DNA of 64,000 bases, from the NCBI GenBank assembly GCA_964016885.1, contig OZ024741.1, forward strand, positions 382,850,001 through 382,914,000. Reading direction: 5' to 3'. The stretch comes from Eledone cirrhosa. Its lineage: Eukaryota. This document shows positions 28,251-42,219 of this stretch, one piece after another. Position numbers and translations under genes: made by a program. The first letter of the stretch is position 1. The number at the start of each line of letters is the position of its first letter. The notes under the pieces are model-generated. The model was given only the letters and a program-made list of their open reading frames with translations. It did no database searches and was not told the origin of the DNA.

Positions 28251-31097
28251 GGTGAAGTTGGCACCCTTACTCACGGTTGGGTGCGGATGCATTCATGTAT
28301 ATGTGTGTGTCCGCATGTATCTGTGTGTTTCTAAATATATTATATATATATATATACACATACGTATATATGTATGTATACATACACAAAGAGAGAAAGG
28401 GATAGAAAGATAGACGCATACGAGGTTTGGCTGCTATGTTCAAAGGCTGAACAAGATACTCTGAAGGTATGACAAAATTAGTTTTATTTTTCAACATTGT
28501 ACCAGGAAAAAAACAATTCAGTTATTAATAAGGGATGTTGGTATCAATACGTGCAATATTTCCCAGGCCTGGCATCATTCCTTCATAGTCAACCTTCGTA
28601 TGTGTGTATTTGTGTATATGTATGTTAGAGCGTGCGCGTAAATTTGAGTGTGAATGCGTGTGCAGAAGTGTAAGCGAAACGAATATTATACTGTGGTTAT
28701 ACCTCTTTTTCCAATAAGGCAATACTCTTGTGGGAAAGGGAAGTAGTTTATATTTATCGATGAATGTTGGACTGTTACTACTCTATTATATATAAAAAGT
28801 ATCCTTCCTCAAAGTTATGATAAATTCGTATAGTATTTTTTTCATGTTTTCCTTCATAACACAACATTGATTTTAATGATATTTGTGTTTTTTTAGTTAG
28901 ACACCTTAATTTGTAATATCTATGAAAGTTAATACACTGAACATAATACAGTATCTTTACAGGTGGTTTTTGATAATAAAAATTTGAGATACGCAAGATA
29001 TTATATGTTGTAGCACAAGAATCAGGATTTAACCATAGAATTATATATAATAGAATTCGTTTTCTCATTTACATATAATCATTAGAACTGCTAATATTAA
29101 CTGAATTAATATATCACTATACATAATATACCTGCGAGCTTTGTAATAAATTTTATACATGGCTACTCTAAGTCAAATATGATAGTGGTACTTAAAATTC
29201 CGTGCAATAATAATATTCATTTCTATTAGTAGTGCATTACCCGTTGCTATGCTAATAATAAATTAATTGAGACGATATGAAATTAAAGATTGAATGAACT
29301 GTATTTTAAAAGTGCGAACATAAATATGCAATCGAGGTGAGTCTGAGGTTATAAACTAAAATTATAAATACGCTTTAGATTTTGCTTTGTATCAATCATT
29401 TCTTATTTCCTTTATGACTGAAATGTGTATTGTGTTTCAGTAGACACAATCTTCACGAAAGATCTTCCATCTGTTTAAGTCTTTTCGGGAGAATTTCAAA
29501 GAATTCTAATATTTTGCTGCTTTTAAATAATTGTTAAGCTAAAACAACTTTTTAAGTCACACCACCAACTATGTTCCTTTACCAACGCATATCTTCTTGC
29601 TCAACCTCACTGTCAGAAATCTACAAAGAGGAATGACTTTCAGAAATGGTTGTTAATTTATAAAAATTCAATATTTATTTTGTTATAATGAGTATGCATT
29701 ACAGGCAAAGCCAACCGGGTTTCGATTTTAGTCGGCCCATGTTGAAATGTTTGATCTGGTATTGAAAGGCCCCATTCAATAATAGAGGTAGTATTCAAAG
29801 AGAAATATTTAAACTCAGCGTTTAATGTTAGTAGATAACTATTCAATACTTTATTTTAAATTGTTATTTCACTAAAATCATCATACGTGTTATGTGTGTG
29901 TTAGTGATTCTGTGTGTAGCTGTATCGGTGCAAGGTGTTCGCTTTAGTGCGTCAAACAGTAAATGACATTCATACTCGTTGCTTCCTATTTGTGCGTGAG
30001 TTAATTTTATATGAGGTTTTGTTGCATTTCCTGATAAAGAAGAAACGAGAAAGATAATGTTGAGATGATTTAAAACATAATAAACAAGTAATATCTGATT
30101 ACGCTAAATCTAAAAGAATATAGAGACAGATGATTTGTTTCAAATCAGTAATCTAATTTGAATATGACGTTAGTCATTTCGTTCATGTGGGATTAGTGTG
30201 CAATGGCGATAGTATGGTTCTGTAAAACGACTATGTGAAATCTAAACATTCTTATTTGGATCATCGGTTTTGTAACATGAATTAATAGGACTACATTCAC
30301 TAATAGACTCTAATAGTTGACAAAATTTATATGAGTTAACCCATTAACAAACATGAAATTAGATTAGTGTCCAATAGATTGTATGTAGATAAAGGATCTA
30401 GGAAATATTAATTATGCACAATTCACCCCTTTTATTTCTGGAAAGTCCTTCTTATAGTTTAACAACACTGATTTCATCTACAACTTCATGAACACAACGC
30501 CCAGGAAACTAACTACACATACGTTCATATAGTCCTACTTGATTATTAATAGTAACTTGTAAATTGATTTAAAAGCTTGAAGGCGAGCAATTTGCCTGAC
30601 AAATAGCATTGTTACTATATATTAACGCAATGGTTAACGTTAATCTGGAAATACACAAGCTAATTAAGAACCACGTCATCATCCAGGTGCAATTAACCAG
30701 TGAATCCCGCAAATCGTTTTCACCAGTGAAGCATAATTAATTTGTTTTTCATCACTACAGCGGCTGCACTCTTCTCAGAACATATTATTTGCAAATGATC
30801 ATTTCCTTTAATCTGTTTCATACCTCAGTGAATTCTATTTCATCTGTGTTACGTATTGACATTAATATTCTATTAACAAACTGCTATCACTGCATTCAAC
30901 TCTAACCTGTTTTACCACTCTACATTATCTTTCTTCTGTTCAAACACATTATCATTTTCATTGGATCTTTACTTGACCAAACTTTCATTTCTCTGATCCT
31001 AATTCTTCTGTAATATTTTCAATGAATATTTCGCTATATATCTCTGATACATGCATTTTTCTTTATCTAAAATGTATACGTTATCTCTCCTTTATTC

Positions 31098-31252
<155 letters not shown>

Positions 31253-32459
31253 TCTACTAACTCCCTGAATCAATCTCTCTTCTTCCCACTCTCTGTTTCG
31301 TTCACTTTCCTAATGTTTCCTGTGTCAATTAGTAATTTTATTCATACACATTTTCCATCCAATTGTTATATTTCATATTCGCCTATCTATCAGATCACTT
31401 CTAGTTTAAATTCTTCTTATCTATCTAAATACAAATTGATACATCCGTACCACATTGTAACGAAATTATATTCACTTATTCCTCTGATTTACTCATGCTA
31501 TTATGATCAGACAAAGCATCTAACTAGCTAATCGCCAGAAACGCACCAGTAGTTTGTTCAGTAATCTAGAAAATGATGGAATTGGACGACGTATTATCTA
31601 GGCCAAAAGAGTCTAACGCTGGATGGACATAAACGTGAACATCATGTTTATAAGTTCTTAGTTAAGAAGATTATTTGTTTCTCTACTTTTTCATGTGGAA
31701 TCAAAAATGCTTTTAAATTACTTTATTCTTAGAAAAATGTCTTTGCAAAAGAACATCGCACAATGCATCAAGTACTTATTGACACAATCCTTCATACATT
31801 ATTTTTATAACGTGTAAATCAAATGATACTCTACCTACTGAATTATATGATATGCACTGAATGATATAACATAAGATAAATTACATTATATTTATTCATT
31901 TAAATTATTACAAAATATGTTTTTCGCAAAAAACATTCTAATAAAGATTTAAGACATCGATCGATGTATGTAATATAAATTTAATTATATTAACTCGTAA
32001 AATACGTTGTTTACTTCAGAGTAATAATGTTCACACACACATACACAAGCGCGCGCGCAAACACAGACACACACTGTTTTATTTTTGCTGTTTGTTCTGA
32101 TGTTGTTGTTGTCGGCGGATTTAATTGCAGTGGTGGTTACACTCTTCCTTAAGTGTTTTGCGTTGGTGATGGTGTGAGTGGTGTCTCTCCTCTCAACGTT
32201 TAAGCCGCTGTCATGTGACAGCTGGCTAAACGTTGCGAAAATAATCTTTGAAAATAGATAAAGTTTAAAAATCTGAAGAGTCGCTTTTCGCAGGGTAGTG
32301 TGTGGTGACTTATCAACAACTTTTACCAGAAATATAACAATAAATTCAAAGTAGATACTTATACATCAAAGTAGATATTTATACATCAACGAAACTAAAC
32401 GTTACGGAGCGACACTAACGTAAATAATCACAGTTCAAACTACAACAAGATAAATATAA

Positions 32460-32640
32460 TAATTGTTTCTACTTTAGGCACAAAGCCAACAATTACCCAA
32501 TGCATTACTGGTACTTTATTTTATCGACCCCGTAAGGATGAAAGGCAAAGTCAACCTCGGCGGGATTTGAACTCAGATCGTAAAGGGACGTAACTATGCT
32601 GGAAAGCATGGCGTCCGACCCTCTACCGATACTGCCAATC
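32460..32640 (-). mobile_element. SINE copy
   Basis: Reverse complement of the SINE with A/B boxes and tail. Confidence 0.92.
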
Positions 32641-32749
32641 CATCCCCTAAGATAAATATAATAATAGCAAATGTTTCTGCTTTAGGTAAAAAGCCAAACA
32701 TAAAGTAACTTCCAAACCTGATATTCCCAAAACAACAAAATATCTGAAA

Positions 32750-34935
32750 CCGAAAGCTCAAATGAAAGCTTAAAGAATCGGATGATTTGAAAAACGACAT
32801 ACGTTTTACATGTAAATTCAGCTGTTTATGTCAGAATCAAAGAGATTTTACTAGGAAATTGGAACACAGACAATTGAAGCAAAGAAACCTCCTTCAATTC
32901 ATGAAATTGAAGAATTTTGGAAAACAATATGGAATACAGAGAAATCACATAATGCGAATACAGAATGGATAAAGAACTCGGAAGATACATAAAATAATTT
33001 AGAAAGGCAGACTTGGCAAGATATAACTATAGAAGAAATGGAGTTGGCAATGAAGAAAGCCGACAAATGGAAATCCCCTGATATTGTTAAAGTGCTGAAC
33101 GTTTTAAGTTCTTCTTTTACTACTACCCATGATATGTTGGTAGAACGGTTAAAACGAGATTAAGAACAATCTTGAGAAAACTCCTGACTGGTTTTTTTGT
33201 AATTCTCAACTTTATCTTGACTGAGACAACCTACACATTTATGGATGAAAATCATCATTTGCCTACTGAGCAGAAAGGGTGTAGCCGTATATACCACGGG
33301 TACAAAGACCAGCTGTATGATTCTGGAAAACTGTCAACAAAAGTATAGAAATCTGAGTACTGCATGGAGTGTCTATGAGAAAACATTTGACAGTGAACCC
33401 TACAAAACTTTGGATGTTCTGACAATTTTCCCAGTAACATCGAACTTGCTGAAATAAAACATGTCTACACGGAATAATTACCTATCATTGTCACACGGTG
33501 ATGGAACTATAAAATCCAGCACGATAAGTGCTAATTGTCTTATTTTTCTAGCGGATTCGTTTTCCCAGTGATATTTTGCATTGCACTCATACCGCTGTCT
33601 TTAGCACTCAACAAAACAAATGTGGTTGTAGAATAGATAGGGAAGCAATCGGTTACCTGTTTTGTATTGGTGACTTGAAGCTGTAGGACAAACATGACAG
33701 CAAATTGGAAGGACTACTCAAGACATTTAGGGTGTTCAGCGATGGTGTAGCGATGGAATTTAGATTGGAAAAATGCAACAAAGCAACATTGAAGAAAGGC
33801 ATAATTACAAGGACAGACACAAAGGAATTAGATATGAATATATTAGTTAGGGATCGAGAACAGGAACACGCCTACATATATCTAGGTAACAATGAAGGCC
33901 AAGATATTCACCGCGCCTGCATGCAAGAGGGGAGAAATGCTACGAGAGAGTTAATGTTGTCTTGAAAATTCACCTTAACTCCTCGAGGAATAAGCTATCT
34001 ACCATAAACGTGCTTGCAATTTCAGTTGTCACTTAAATTTCAATATCATAAATTGGAATGGTAGTGAAATTAGCAGATTCGGCACCAAAATCAGGAAATA
34101 GTTGCCCAGTAATAAAATATATCGCCCAAAACCAAAGATGACTGGATGAAAATGGGTGCAGATCACGATGAAAGAGTAAAGAACATAAGATGTTTGTGGA
34201 AGAGTTGGGAATACATTTTGAAAATGATGGGGATTCTGCAATTAAAGCCACAAAGAACGTCAAAATATTTGCAAAACGTGAAAGTAAACAGAGATTGTGT
34301 ACTAAATGGGAGCAAAGACCAATGCAGGTGCAATATAATCTCTCTCGTAAAGAACCTGATGTAGATCAAACTCTCACCAATCAGTGGCTGCAGATGTCTC
34401 TGTAAAAGGCCGAGAGTGGTGGATTCATGTTAGCTGCACAAGACCAGTGTCTTTCTACGCGCAACAATCAAACGAAAGTGTGCAAGTATCGATTCTGTGT
34501 TGAGCATGTTGAGACCATTCACCACCTGGTTTCAGGCTGAAAAGTATTAGCTCCCCAGGAATATGAGATGCAGTGGCTGGGTGCGAGAAGGTGACAACCC
34601 TATGGGATTTCCCTGCGAACACAGGCTGAACAAACAAGGCCTGATATAATAAAGACCTGATATAAAAGGACCATAAGAGAAGAAATGATTCTTTATTGAT
34701 ATAAGCATTCCAATAGACATTAACATCTCACCGGAAGAGTTTGGGAAGCTCAGTAAGTATAAAGATCTCTCAACAGTAATTGATAAAATGTGGCATCATA
34801 AGGCTTGTACATTACCGATGATATTCGGTGCACTTGAAATGATATAAAAAGGAACTGAAAATGTTTGGATCAAATACCTGGTAAGCCATCTCTGCAAGAA
34901 ATACAGAAAATAGTGCTGACCGGCACTGACATGGG
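32750..34935 (+). mobile_element. R4/Dong-clade (restriction-like endonuclease) LINE, decayed
   Basis: MKKADKWKSP, GYKDQL, LSTAWSVYEKTFDS, MEFRLEKCNKATLKKG, ESGGFMLAAQDQ, RPD, FIDISIP, KLSKYKDL, IQKIVLTGT. Confidence 0.85.
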
Positions 34936-35057
34936 CATTATAAATTTAGAAACCTTGCAAAGACGTTAACTGTTGTTCGTGCCACTGTGACATTATATGT
35001 ATAACAATTGATTGTGAAATATGTGCATTATAAAACTTTGCGTCACATGTCAGATTG

Positions 35058-35375
35058 ACACTCGGCATGATTTGGAAAAGAACTTTCAAAAATTGATTAG
35101 GTTCACATGGAAGTAGATATTAACACTTAATTAATTATATGGCATAATAAGTTTCGAAATCTGAGTTCCGCAAGGATTAATTATGAAATGTCATTTAATA
35201 GCAGAGGACATTCATGGATTCTGAACACTCGGCATGATTTGGAAAAGAACTTTCAAAAAATGATTAGGTTCACATGGAAGTAGATATCAACCCTTAATTA
35301 ATTATAAGAAGATTCGAAATCTGATTTCCGCAAGGATTAATTATTTAATAGCAGAGGACATTCATGGATTCTGAA
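35058..35375. repeat. Tandem duplication of a ~150-167-bp unit
   Basis: ACACTCGGCATGATTTGGAAAAGAAC...CATGGATTCTGAA occurs twice head-to-tail; the second copy has two small deletions. Confidence 0.9.
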
Positions 35376-35574
35376 ACCTATGCCATCTTCAACATTTCAC
35401 CTGTGATCTCAAATGTTCTGAAACATAATTTGTCATTGGGCAAAAATTATCTCAAATAACATTCCAATCGAGTACTAAATTCAAACAATATTAGCATCGA
35501 CTCTTGCATTTGCATAGGTAACTCACTTTCACCTCTATTATGTTCTATAGCTCTAATACCCCTTATATTCGAAC

Positions 35575-36075
35575 TGAACAGAACCAGTTGTGGTGAAGAA
35601 ACTGACAGGTTTTATATGGTTGAATTAAAACTATATGGTAAAGACAGTGATTAGCGTGAAAGTATTCAGTGATGACATCGGAGATCTTATTTGATTTTCA
35701 TAAGTGTACCCAGGCCATTTTCAAGAAAGGGAAGTTGAAAAACTCAAATTCAGTCGACGGCGATGTTGAAACAGTTATATAAGATCTTGAGCAGGATTAA
35801 ACCTGTAAATACTTAGGTATTAATGAAGGTTGCGGCATTTAGGGTGTACGCATGAAAGAGGTGAGGAAGAAATGTTATAGGAGAGTGCAAGTAGTTCTGA
35901 AATCTTTGCTAATGCAGATAACAAGGTGTTAGCCATACATTCCTAAGCAATTCCAGTTGTTAGGTATAGCTTAAATGTGTTGAAAAGGATTATCAGTGAA
36001 AAAAGAAAGAATTAACACACACATTAGTAGGTTGCTGGCTTGTAATAAGATGCACCACCCAAAGGCAGATTTGTT
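35575..36075 (+). mobile_element. R4/Dong-like RT thumb fragment
   Basis: LKLYGK, FSDDI, KYLG, MHHPKAD motifs; parallels 33600-34140. Confidence 0.7.
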
Positions 36076-36089
36076 TCGTCTTTACCATC

Positions 36090-37260
36090 TGAGAACTTGA
36101 GTATTCCGAATCCTGACCAGTTTGAAAATTCTAACAAAACCAACAGGATTGGACTGGCCAAATATCATAGAACAATAAACGATGGGATATTGAAACTCGT
36201 AAGCTCTCGATTGATCTAATTGATCAGAGCCCCACCGCAGCCAGGTACACCCCCCACCCTCCCTTTCTATGACGTATTGCATGAGGTGTAGGTTGTCAAG
36301 TATGGACCTGGACGGGTGACTTGCAGCTCGTGCCACCCACTAGGGCTTTCGGAATCTCAGCTGAAGTTATCGGGTTTTCACAGAGCTCAGTAGCGTCTGG
36401 CGAGGTCATCGTGGTAGAAAGAGTAATCCGCTACCGTCTCTGGACCCCGCTCCCCACAAATTGTCGATCAAAGTGCTTGCAAAATGCCTCACACATATAT
36501 TTGGAATCGTTCAGTTCGCTATCGTTAGGGTCCGTCAAAAAACTAATTGTGATTTTGTAACCATTTCCACGTCGACCCATCAGACACATTTGGTTCCCTC
36601 GTTTCCCGGACTACGTGACTTATATCTAAAAATGCAATATTCGTGTTTTGCATTGAAGAAATGCCCTAATGTCATGCCTACCTCTAGTACGTCAGTTGCA
36701 ATGCCACTACAAAAAGGTTTGATTCTGGTTTGATTCAGAGAATAATCTCCACATAATCCTTGGCCACTCCTCTCTAAATGTTTTTTTCTAATGTCTATGA
36801 CGTAACTATCGGTACCCTCCTCGTCTACAACCTCCAAAAGCTACCATAGTTTCAGTCCTGGTGGGATCCTAGGAATGCAAACCTTTATTGTCTTTCTGCC
36901 CATGTAAGACGTATACATTACTTGGCGGTCCGTTCTACATACGGCCACTGAATGGAATGTGTATAGCAAGGGCCTCGGTTTTGAACAGCAACAAGATGCT
37001 GCCCAACTGTCTGGTCCTTGCTTTGTACTCTATGTCATATTTCATACATTTTAGTGCCGCCTCGACTTCAGCCTGGATGAAGAGTTCCAGTATGAAATGA
37101 AATACATCTATAATGCAAAGTCCTCCTTTAAGGTGCTGAAATTGCTTTGTCCGGGATGGTTAGGTTGGACCAGGATTTTTCCCGCTTAATTAGTTTCCTC
37201 GCCTGGGAATCTAATTAGTTTTCTCGCCTGGGCCAACTGTTGCTCCTTGTCCGAAATGTC
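36090..37260 (-). mobile_element. Scrambled old L1/Tx1 fragments
   Basis: RSILDNLHLMQYVIE (36082-36336), FFNAKHE (36580-36837) and an ORF1-like piece at 36850-37250 on the minus strand; one short KVLAK piece on the plus strand at ~36470. Confidence 0.7.
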
Positions 37261-37431
37261 ACTTGAAAAAATATTTTTCTTTATGCAGCTGCAGCAGCGA
37301 TTGAGTTGTTGTTGCCGCTGGTGATTTTTGTGGCTTATTTTCCTCTTTGCTGTTACTGTTGTTGGTGCTGATGATGTCATTATTGCAGTTGATGTTGATT
37401 TTCTTGTTATTATTTCCGTTGTTAGGGTGGG

Positions 37432-37638
37432 GATTGGCAGAGTCAGACACCATAGTTTGCGGCACAGAGTTACAGTCCCTTATGGTCTGAATTCAAAGGC
37501 CGCCGAGGTTAACTTTGTCTTTAATCCTTACGTGGCCGTTAAAATAAAGCACTAGTAACGTGCTGGAGTCGATATAATCGACTTACTCCCCCCCAAAAAA
37601 AAATTACTGGCCTTGTGCCTATATTAGAAAACATTATT
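37432..37638 (+). mobile_element. SINE copy (diverged, longer variant)
   Basis: TGGCAGAGTCAG, GAATTCAAAGGCCGCCGAGGTTAACTTTG, tail GGCCTTGTGCCTATATTAGAAAACATTATT. Confidence 0.8.
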
Positions 37639-38044
37639 TCCGTTGTTACTCTCATTTATTTTGTTGGTGCTACTTTTGTGGTTGTTGTTGTTCGCATATT
37701 GCTTAATGTGGTGCTTGTGTTCGTAACCGTTGTTATTAATGTTGTTGAACAGGGTAACTTCGTTCGACGCTTAAGGTGCTGTTACATGACAATTCCTTAA
37801 CGGGAAGGGACGTATTACATCCATTATTTAAGTAGAAAAAAACGTTCAAACACAAATTAAAGTTCAAATATTTGGGCCAAAAAATCAAAGATTTATGGAA
37901 CCCTTCCTCAGCCCAAAGACAACTGGATAATGTTCCCCGTGGAACAAAATTACTTTAATGAATTTCGCTATAAACAACTTAAAATGAGAAAATTACTGGA
38001 GCACACAATAACATGTCTTCTTATTTTAAACAACAATAATAATA

Positions 38045-38210
38045 AGTTGTTCTACTTTTAGATCAAGACCAGTAATTATCACAGTGAATTACTGGTGCAT
38101 TATTTTATCAACACCGTAAAGATGTGATTTGAAATCAGAACATGAAGGGTCATGACAGTATGCTGCAAAGAATTGTGTCTGACGCTCCACCAATATTACC
38201 AATTTTCCAC
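38045..38210 (-). mobile_element. Degenerate SINE copy flanked by (TAA)n
   Basis: Reverse-complement similarity to the SINE core and tail. Confidence 0.7.
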
Positions 38211-38481
38211 CCTATAATGATAATAATAATAACAATAATAATAATAACGCTTTCTTTATTAACCACAAGGGTTTAAATAAAGTAGACATTAAGGACAATA
38301 CAGGACGGTACAAATGGGCATTTCTGCGTGTATACAAAATCAGAAGATGTAATAAAAAAATAACAATGAAAAATTCCCCACTGGGGGGGAGACTTCCGAG
38401 GGTCATTTGTGGAGAAAGCCCATTAAAAGGCCACAGTGACCCTGACTACAAGAGCAAGTGCCCTCTCCCAGTTTTCCACCT

Positions 38482-41400
38482 TTAATTTACAGAGATACTC
38501 AGAGTAGGCCCATTCACTAGGGCCATACTTGCTTCTCTCACCCATCTTTCAACAAAATGCTGGGAAGAGAGCACTTCCCTCTCTACCCTGATTTTCCTTT
38601 TCAAATGAAATTTGAAAAAGTTAATCAGGGCATCACCGAAGAGGTAAGTGCTCGTCTTCAGCCCTTTCAAAGGTTTCCACCATACTATCTCTTTCGCCAT
38701 GGCCACCAGACAGATAAAAACTGCCTGCCCTTCCCAGCTGAAGGAAGAGGGCGGGGCAATCCGCACGATGGACTCAGCTGATAGCTGGTGGATCCGTCCT
38801 ACACGTGACAGCAGGTATTCGACATAAACCCACAAGTCAGCAATTTTCGGACACTGGACGAGTGCGTGCAGGACGGTTTCGTTGCCCTGCGCGCATCTCG
38901 GACATGCCCGGCTGACGGCACCTCCATGCCTGTAGGGTTTATCCCGAACTGGCTAAGCTCCTCGGTAGCACTGCCAGGCCAGGGATTTCTGGAAGTTATC
39001 CATAGGCCCCGGCCCGAAAGTCCTTCCGAAGAGATTGGCTAGTTGATTTTCGTGGACGCCTAGAATTTCTCCAAGTACGTCGTTGATCTTACCCTCCACT
39101 AATCCTCTATAGAACGCCAAGGTGGATTTTCCACCGATCACATTGCCCGATTGGTCGAGGGCTGTGAGCGGCTGAAGACATTCCAGTCTCCAAGTGCTCC
39201 TTCTCGGTCTTCGCTTGACCCAGGACAGCAGCTCCGTCAAGGAGACGAGCTGGGGAAAGACGTGTCTAGCAAACGGAGACCACACCTGATCACTGTCGAG
39301 GAACAGGTGAAGATGAGGTAGCCTGAGCGCGTGTCTGCGCATCATCAGCCACGGCATGCCCAGCCATCCACGTAGCGCGTGTTGACAGCAGATGGACCGC
39401 CTGACCATCGGAGCGCGTCCATTCCACAAAAAGCGAAAGAGCAAACGCTCCAGCACAGTCAGGCGGGGCTTAGGACAAGGTACGACGGTCAGGCGGTAGT
39501 AGATGACGGACACGATGTACGCGTTAGCCACCTCCGCTCGACCTTTCAGGGATACCTTCCTCTCGGCCCATTTCTGGGTGAGAGAAGCCACCCTGCTCGT
39601 CACTTCGTCCCAGTTTTTGTCCGTCTGGTAGCAGGCCCACTGACTTTTCTTGGCTGATCATTGCTCCTGTCACCGTTTCGTTTTCTCTTAGTGTAGTGCC
39701 GATCGCCTCGATGTGTTTGGCGTTCGACACCACTACGGTGACATCGTCCGCATATGCTGACACGGATCTTCCGCATCCTAGTTCGCGCGGCACCTCCCTG
39801 AACGTCTCCAGTTTGTGCAGTAATGGCTCGAGAGTCAATACGTACAAGAGGGACGAGAGGGGACATCCTTGGCGGACCGAGAACATGATGTTGAACGGTT
39901 CCGAAAGGTGGCCGTTCACTCTCCCCACAGAGTAGATGTCTCTGTGCATGGCAGCGATCCAGAGTCTGAAGACGGGCCCAAAGCCAGCCGCCCTCAGGAC
40001 TGCAGCTAGGTAACGATGGTCGACCCTATCGAAAGCTGTCGACTGATCTAAATTGATCAAGGACCCACCCGTGCCAGGTTCTCTAGATACCCTCTCTACG
40101 AAGTATCGCATGAGATCGAGGTTGTCGGGGATGGATCTGTCGGGAATGGTGCATGTCTGCGCCTCTCCCACCAGACCACCAACGACAAGCGCCAACCTGT
40201 TTGCTAGCTCCTTAGCAAAAATCTTGAGCTCTGTGTTTAGCAGAGTTATGGGCCTGAGACTATCTATGTTATCCCCCTTGTTCGGATTCTTTATCAGCAA
40301 GCGCGACAGCTCCTCGGCTCGCAGAGCTGGGAATACTCCCGTTCTGTTGCAAGTCGCAGTAGACGTCCGCCAAGAGGCCTCCGAACAAGTCTGGCATCTG
40401 TACGTAAAGTTCATAGGGCAGACCATCCAAACCAGGTGATTTACCCCTTGTGCAGCCAGCATTGCCTCCCGTACATCAACGGCTGTTATCGGCTTTTCGC
40501 AACACTCCGCCTCAGTGGCCAAGAGCTGGGGCAGTCCGTCGAGGTAGACATTACAGTCCGTCCCTCGATTAGCCCGCCGCTGTCCCCGAAATGCTGTGGG
40601 AAGTGTCGCTGAAAAGCTTCACACATTTGCCCGGGATCGAGTAGCATGCGCCCGTCATGATCCACCAAAGACCGGATCTTTGTTTGTTGCCACGACGCGT
40701 CTCCGCCACTTGGGCCCATTGAACGGCTTTCGTCCCCTCGTGTCTGAGAGCACGCACCCTAGCTCTGACAACCCAGCCTTCGTGCTTTGCATTGAAGAAT
40801 TCGTCAAGAGCCAATTTCGCCGCAGGTACGTCGGTCGCGATGCCTTTGCTAAGAGCCTCGTCTAATTTTCTAACTAGTTCTCCCTCTGTGCTATTTTTCT
40901 CTATTGCTAAATGCTTACTAAACCTAATGGACTCTATTCTAATCGCTCTTTTCAGAGCAAACCACCAATTGTTGTTGACGATGGCCCCTGTCAACGCCCG
41001 CTTAACTAGTTCGCTAATCCGGTCTCTGTAGACCTTGCGCGCTGGTAAGGACGCGTTTAGCTTCAAGTAGGCGGGTCCTCTTCTATGAAGCCTATCTAAG
41101 TCAAGCACACAGATCACGAACTTGGGGTCCGTGTAGCTGACTATCTTGAATTGTGGACAGCCTATGCTAGACCTATCTATTTCCCTACAAAATACTCTAT
41201 CTAGATATGATGTGGATGACCCTATGTGATTTGTCCAAGTTCACATTGGCACATTCTGGAAATCCAATCGGTACCTGTCAGATAGTTCAAAAGGCCTGAG
41301 CAGGTTGGTGAGGCTATTGAACCCTCCTCCCCTATCCGCTAATCCCACGCAGTTCCAGCGTGCATCTAAGATCCCGTTCCAGTCGCCCACTAACACTAAA

Positions 41401-41791
41401 AAGCGGGGTTTCCAGACGCCGGAACAAATCAGGCCGCCCTGCTCCTGTCGGGTCATAGACGGCCACTAGCCTGAAATCTTGCCCGTCTCCACTGGTCACG
41501 TCTAGCCCCACCAACTTACCCTCTGGGTCCAGGAAGATGGCTCGTATGGCGAGATCCAAATCTCTCCGAAAAAGCACAGCAACTCGTCCCTCCCGATCCC
41601 GCGCGGCTGGGAGATACGTACACATTGTAGCCGCCGAAGATCGGTGCGAAGGCCCGTGCTTCGGAGGTTCTGGTCTCGCTGATGGCCACTACATCTATGT
41701 TTACTGATTTGAGGTCGTTGAGCAGGTGGCCCTGCTTCCATGACGACCTCAAGCCACGCGCATTTGTACTACCTATTCTGAGAGAGGTCAT
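38482..41791 (-). pseudogene. Tx1 ORF2: AP endonuclease + reverse transcriptase + C-terminal CCHC
   Basis: MTSLRIGSTNARGL, VAISET, LVGDWN, YLDR, LKLN, RPITLLN, LDQSTAFDRV, VRQGCPLS, AYADD, CPRCAQGNETVLHALVQC; several frameshifts and a deletion downstream of YADD. Confidence 0.92.
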
Positions 41792-42219
41792 GTTGAAATG
41801 TAGTGGAAAATATGGGAAAGAAGACTTACCTACTTCTCGTAGAGGAAGGATGGCTTTCCAACCTTTTCACTGCCTGTGGCCTACTCCGGAAGGATGTCCT
41901 TATAAATCCTTCTGGAGTGTGTTTGTCGGAAGTCTCCGATGTCTTTGGGGGAATTTTTGTTTTAGTGTCGTGTACGTTTTCTGTGTGATGCGTGTGATTT
42001 GTATGTGTGGAGGTGGTGTGAACATTTAGGTTGTTGTGTGTGTCTTTTTCTGTGATGCTGGTGTTGTGTTGGATGTAGTGTGATAATTGATTTTTTTTCA
42101 AATTTAATGCTGTGTAGTGTGTATGGTTTTGGTTGTTTTGTTTTGTTTGCGTTTGTTGTGGGTTTGTTTGTGTTACGCTTTTTGGTGACTTTTGTGGTGT
42201 TGGTGATGGTGGTGTTGGG

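Larger units (their letters stand above)
20737..31010 (-). pseudogene. Decayed multi-exon ZP-domain-like gene or genes (copy B)
   Basis: Minus-strand AG-bounded exon-like blocks: KQVRVECSDSSLLIEY (~30865-30912) and KTICGIH (~30700-30720) resembling ZP-N; GRLINGCRV (~27158-27184); AGDIRIHC (~25210-25232); WGFEVDCNRN (~23583-23612); KCVITLEQ...GCTTELYIE|GT (~23061-23282); open terminal block 20737-20991 with a hydrophobic C-terminus. Many stops. Confidence 0.4.

Noticed and set aside
28778-29068. 96-aa ORF with a signal-peptide-like start as a standalone gene
   Set aside because: No recognisable domain; it could be part of the decayed ZP-like locus or chance, so it is not called separately.
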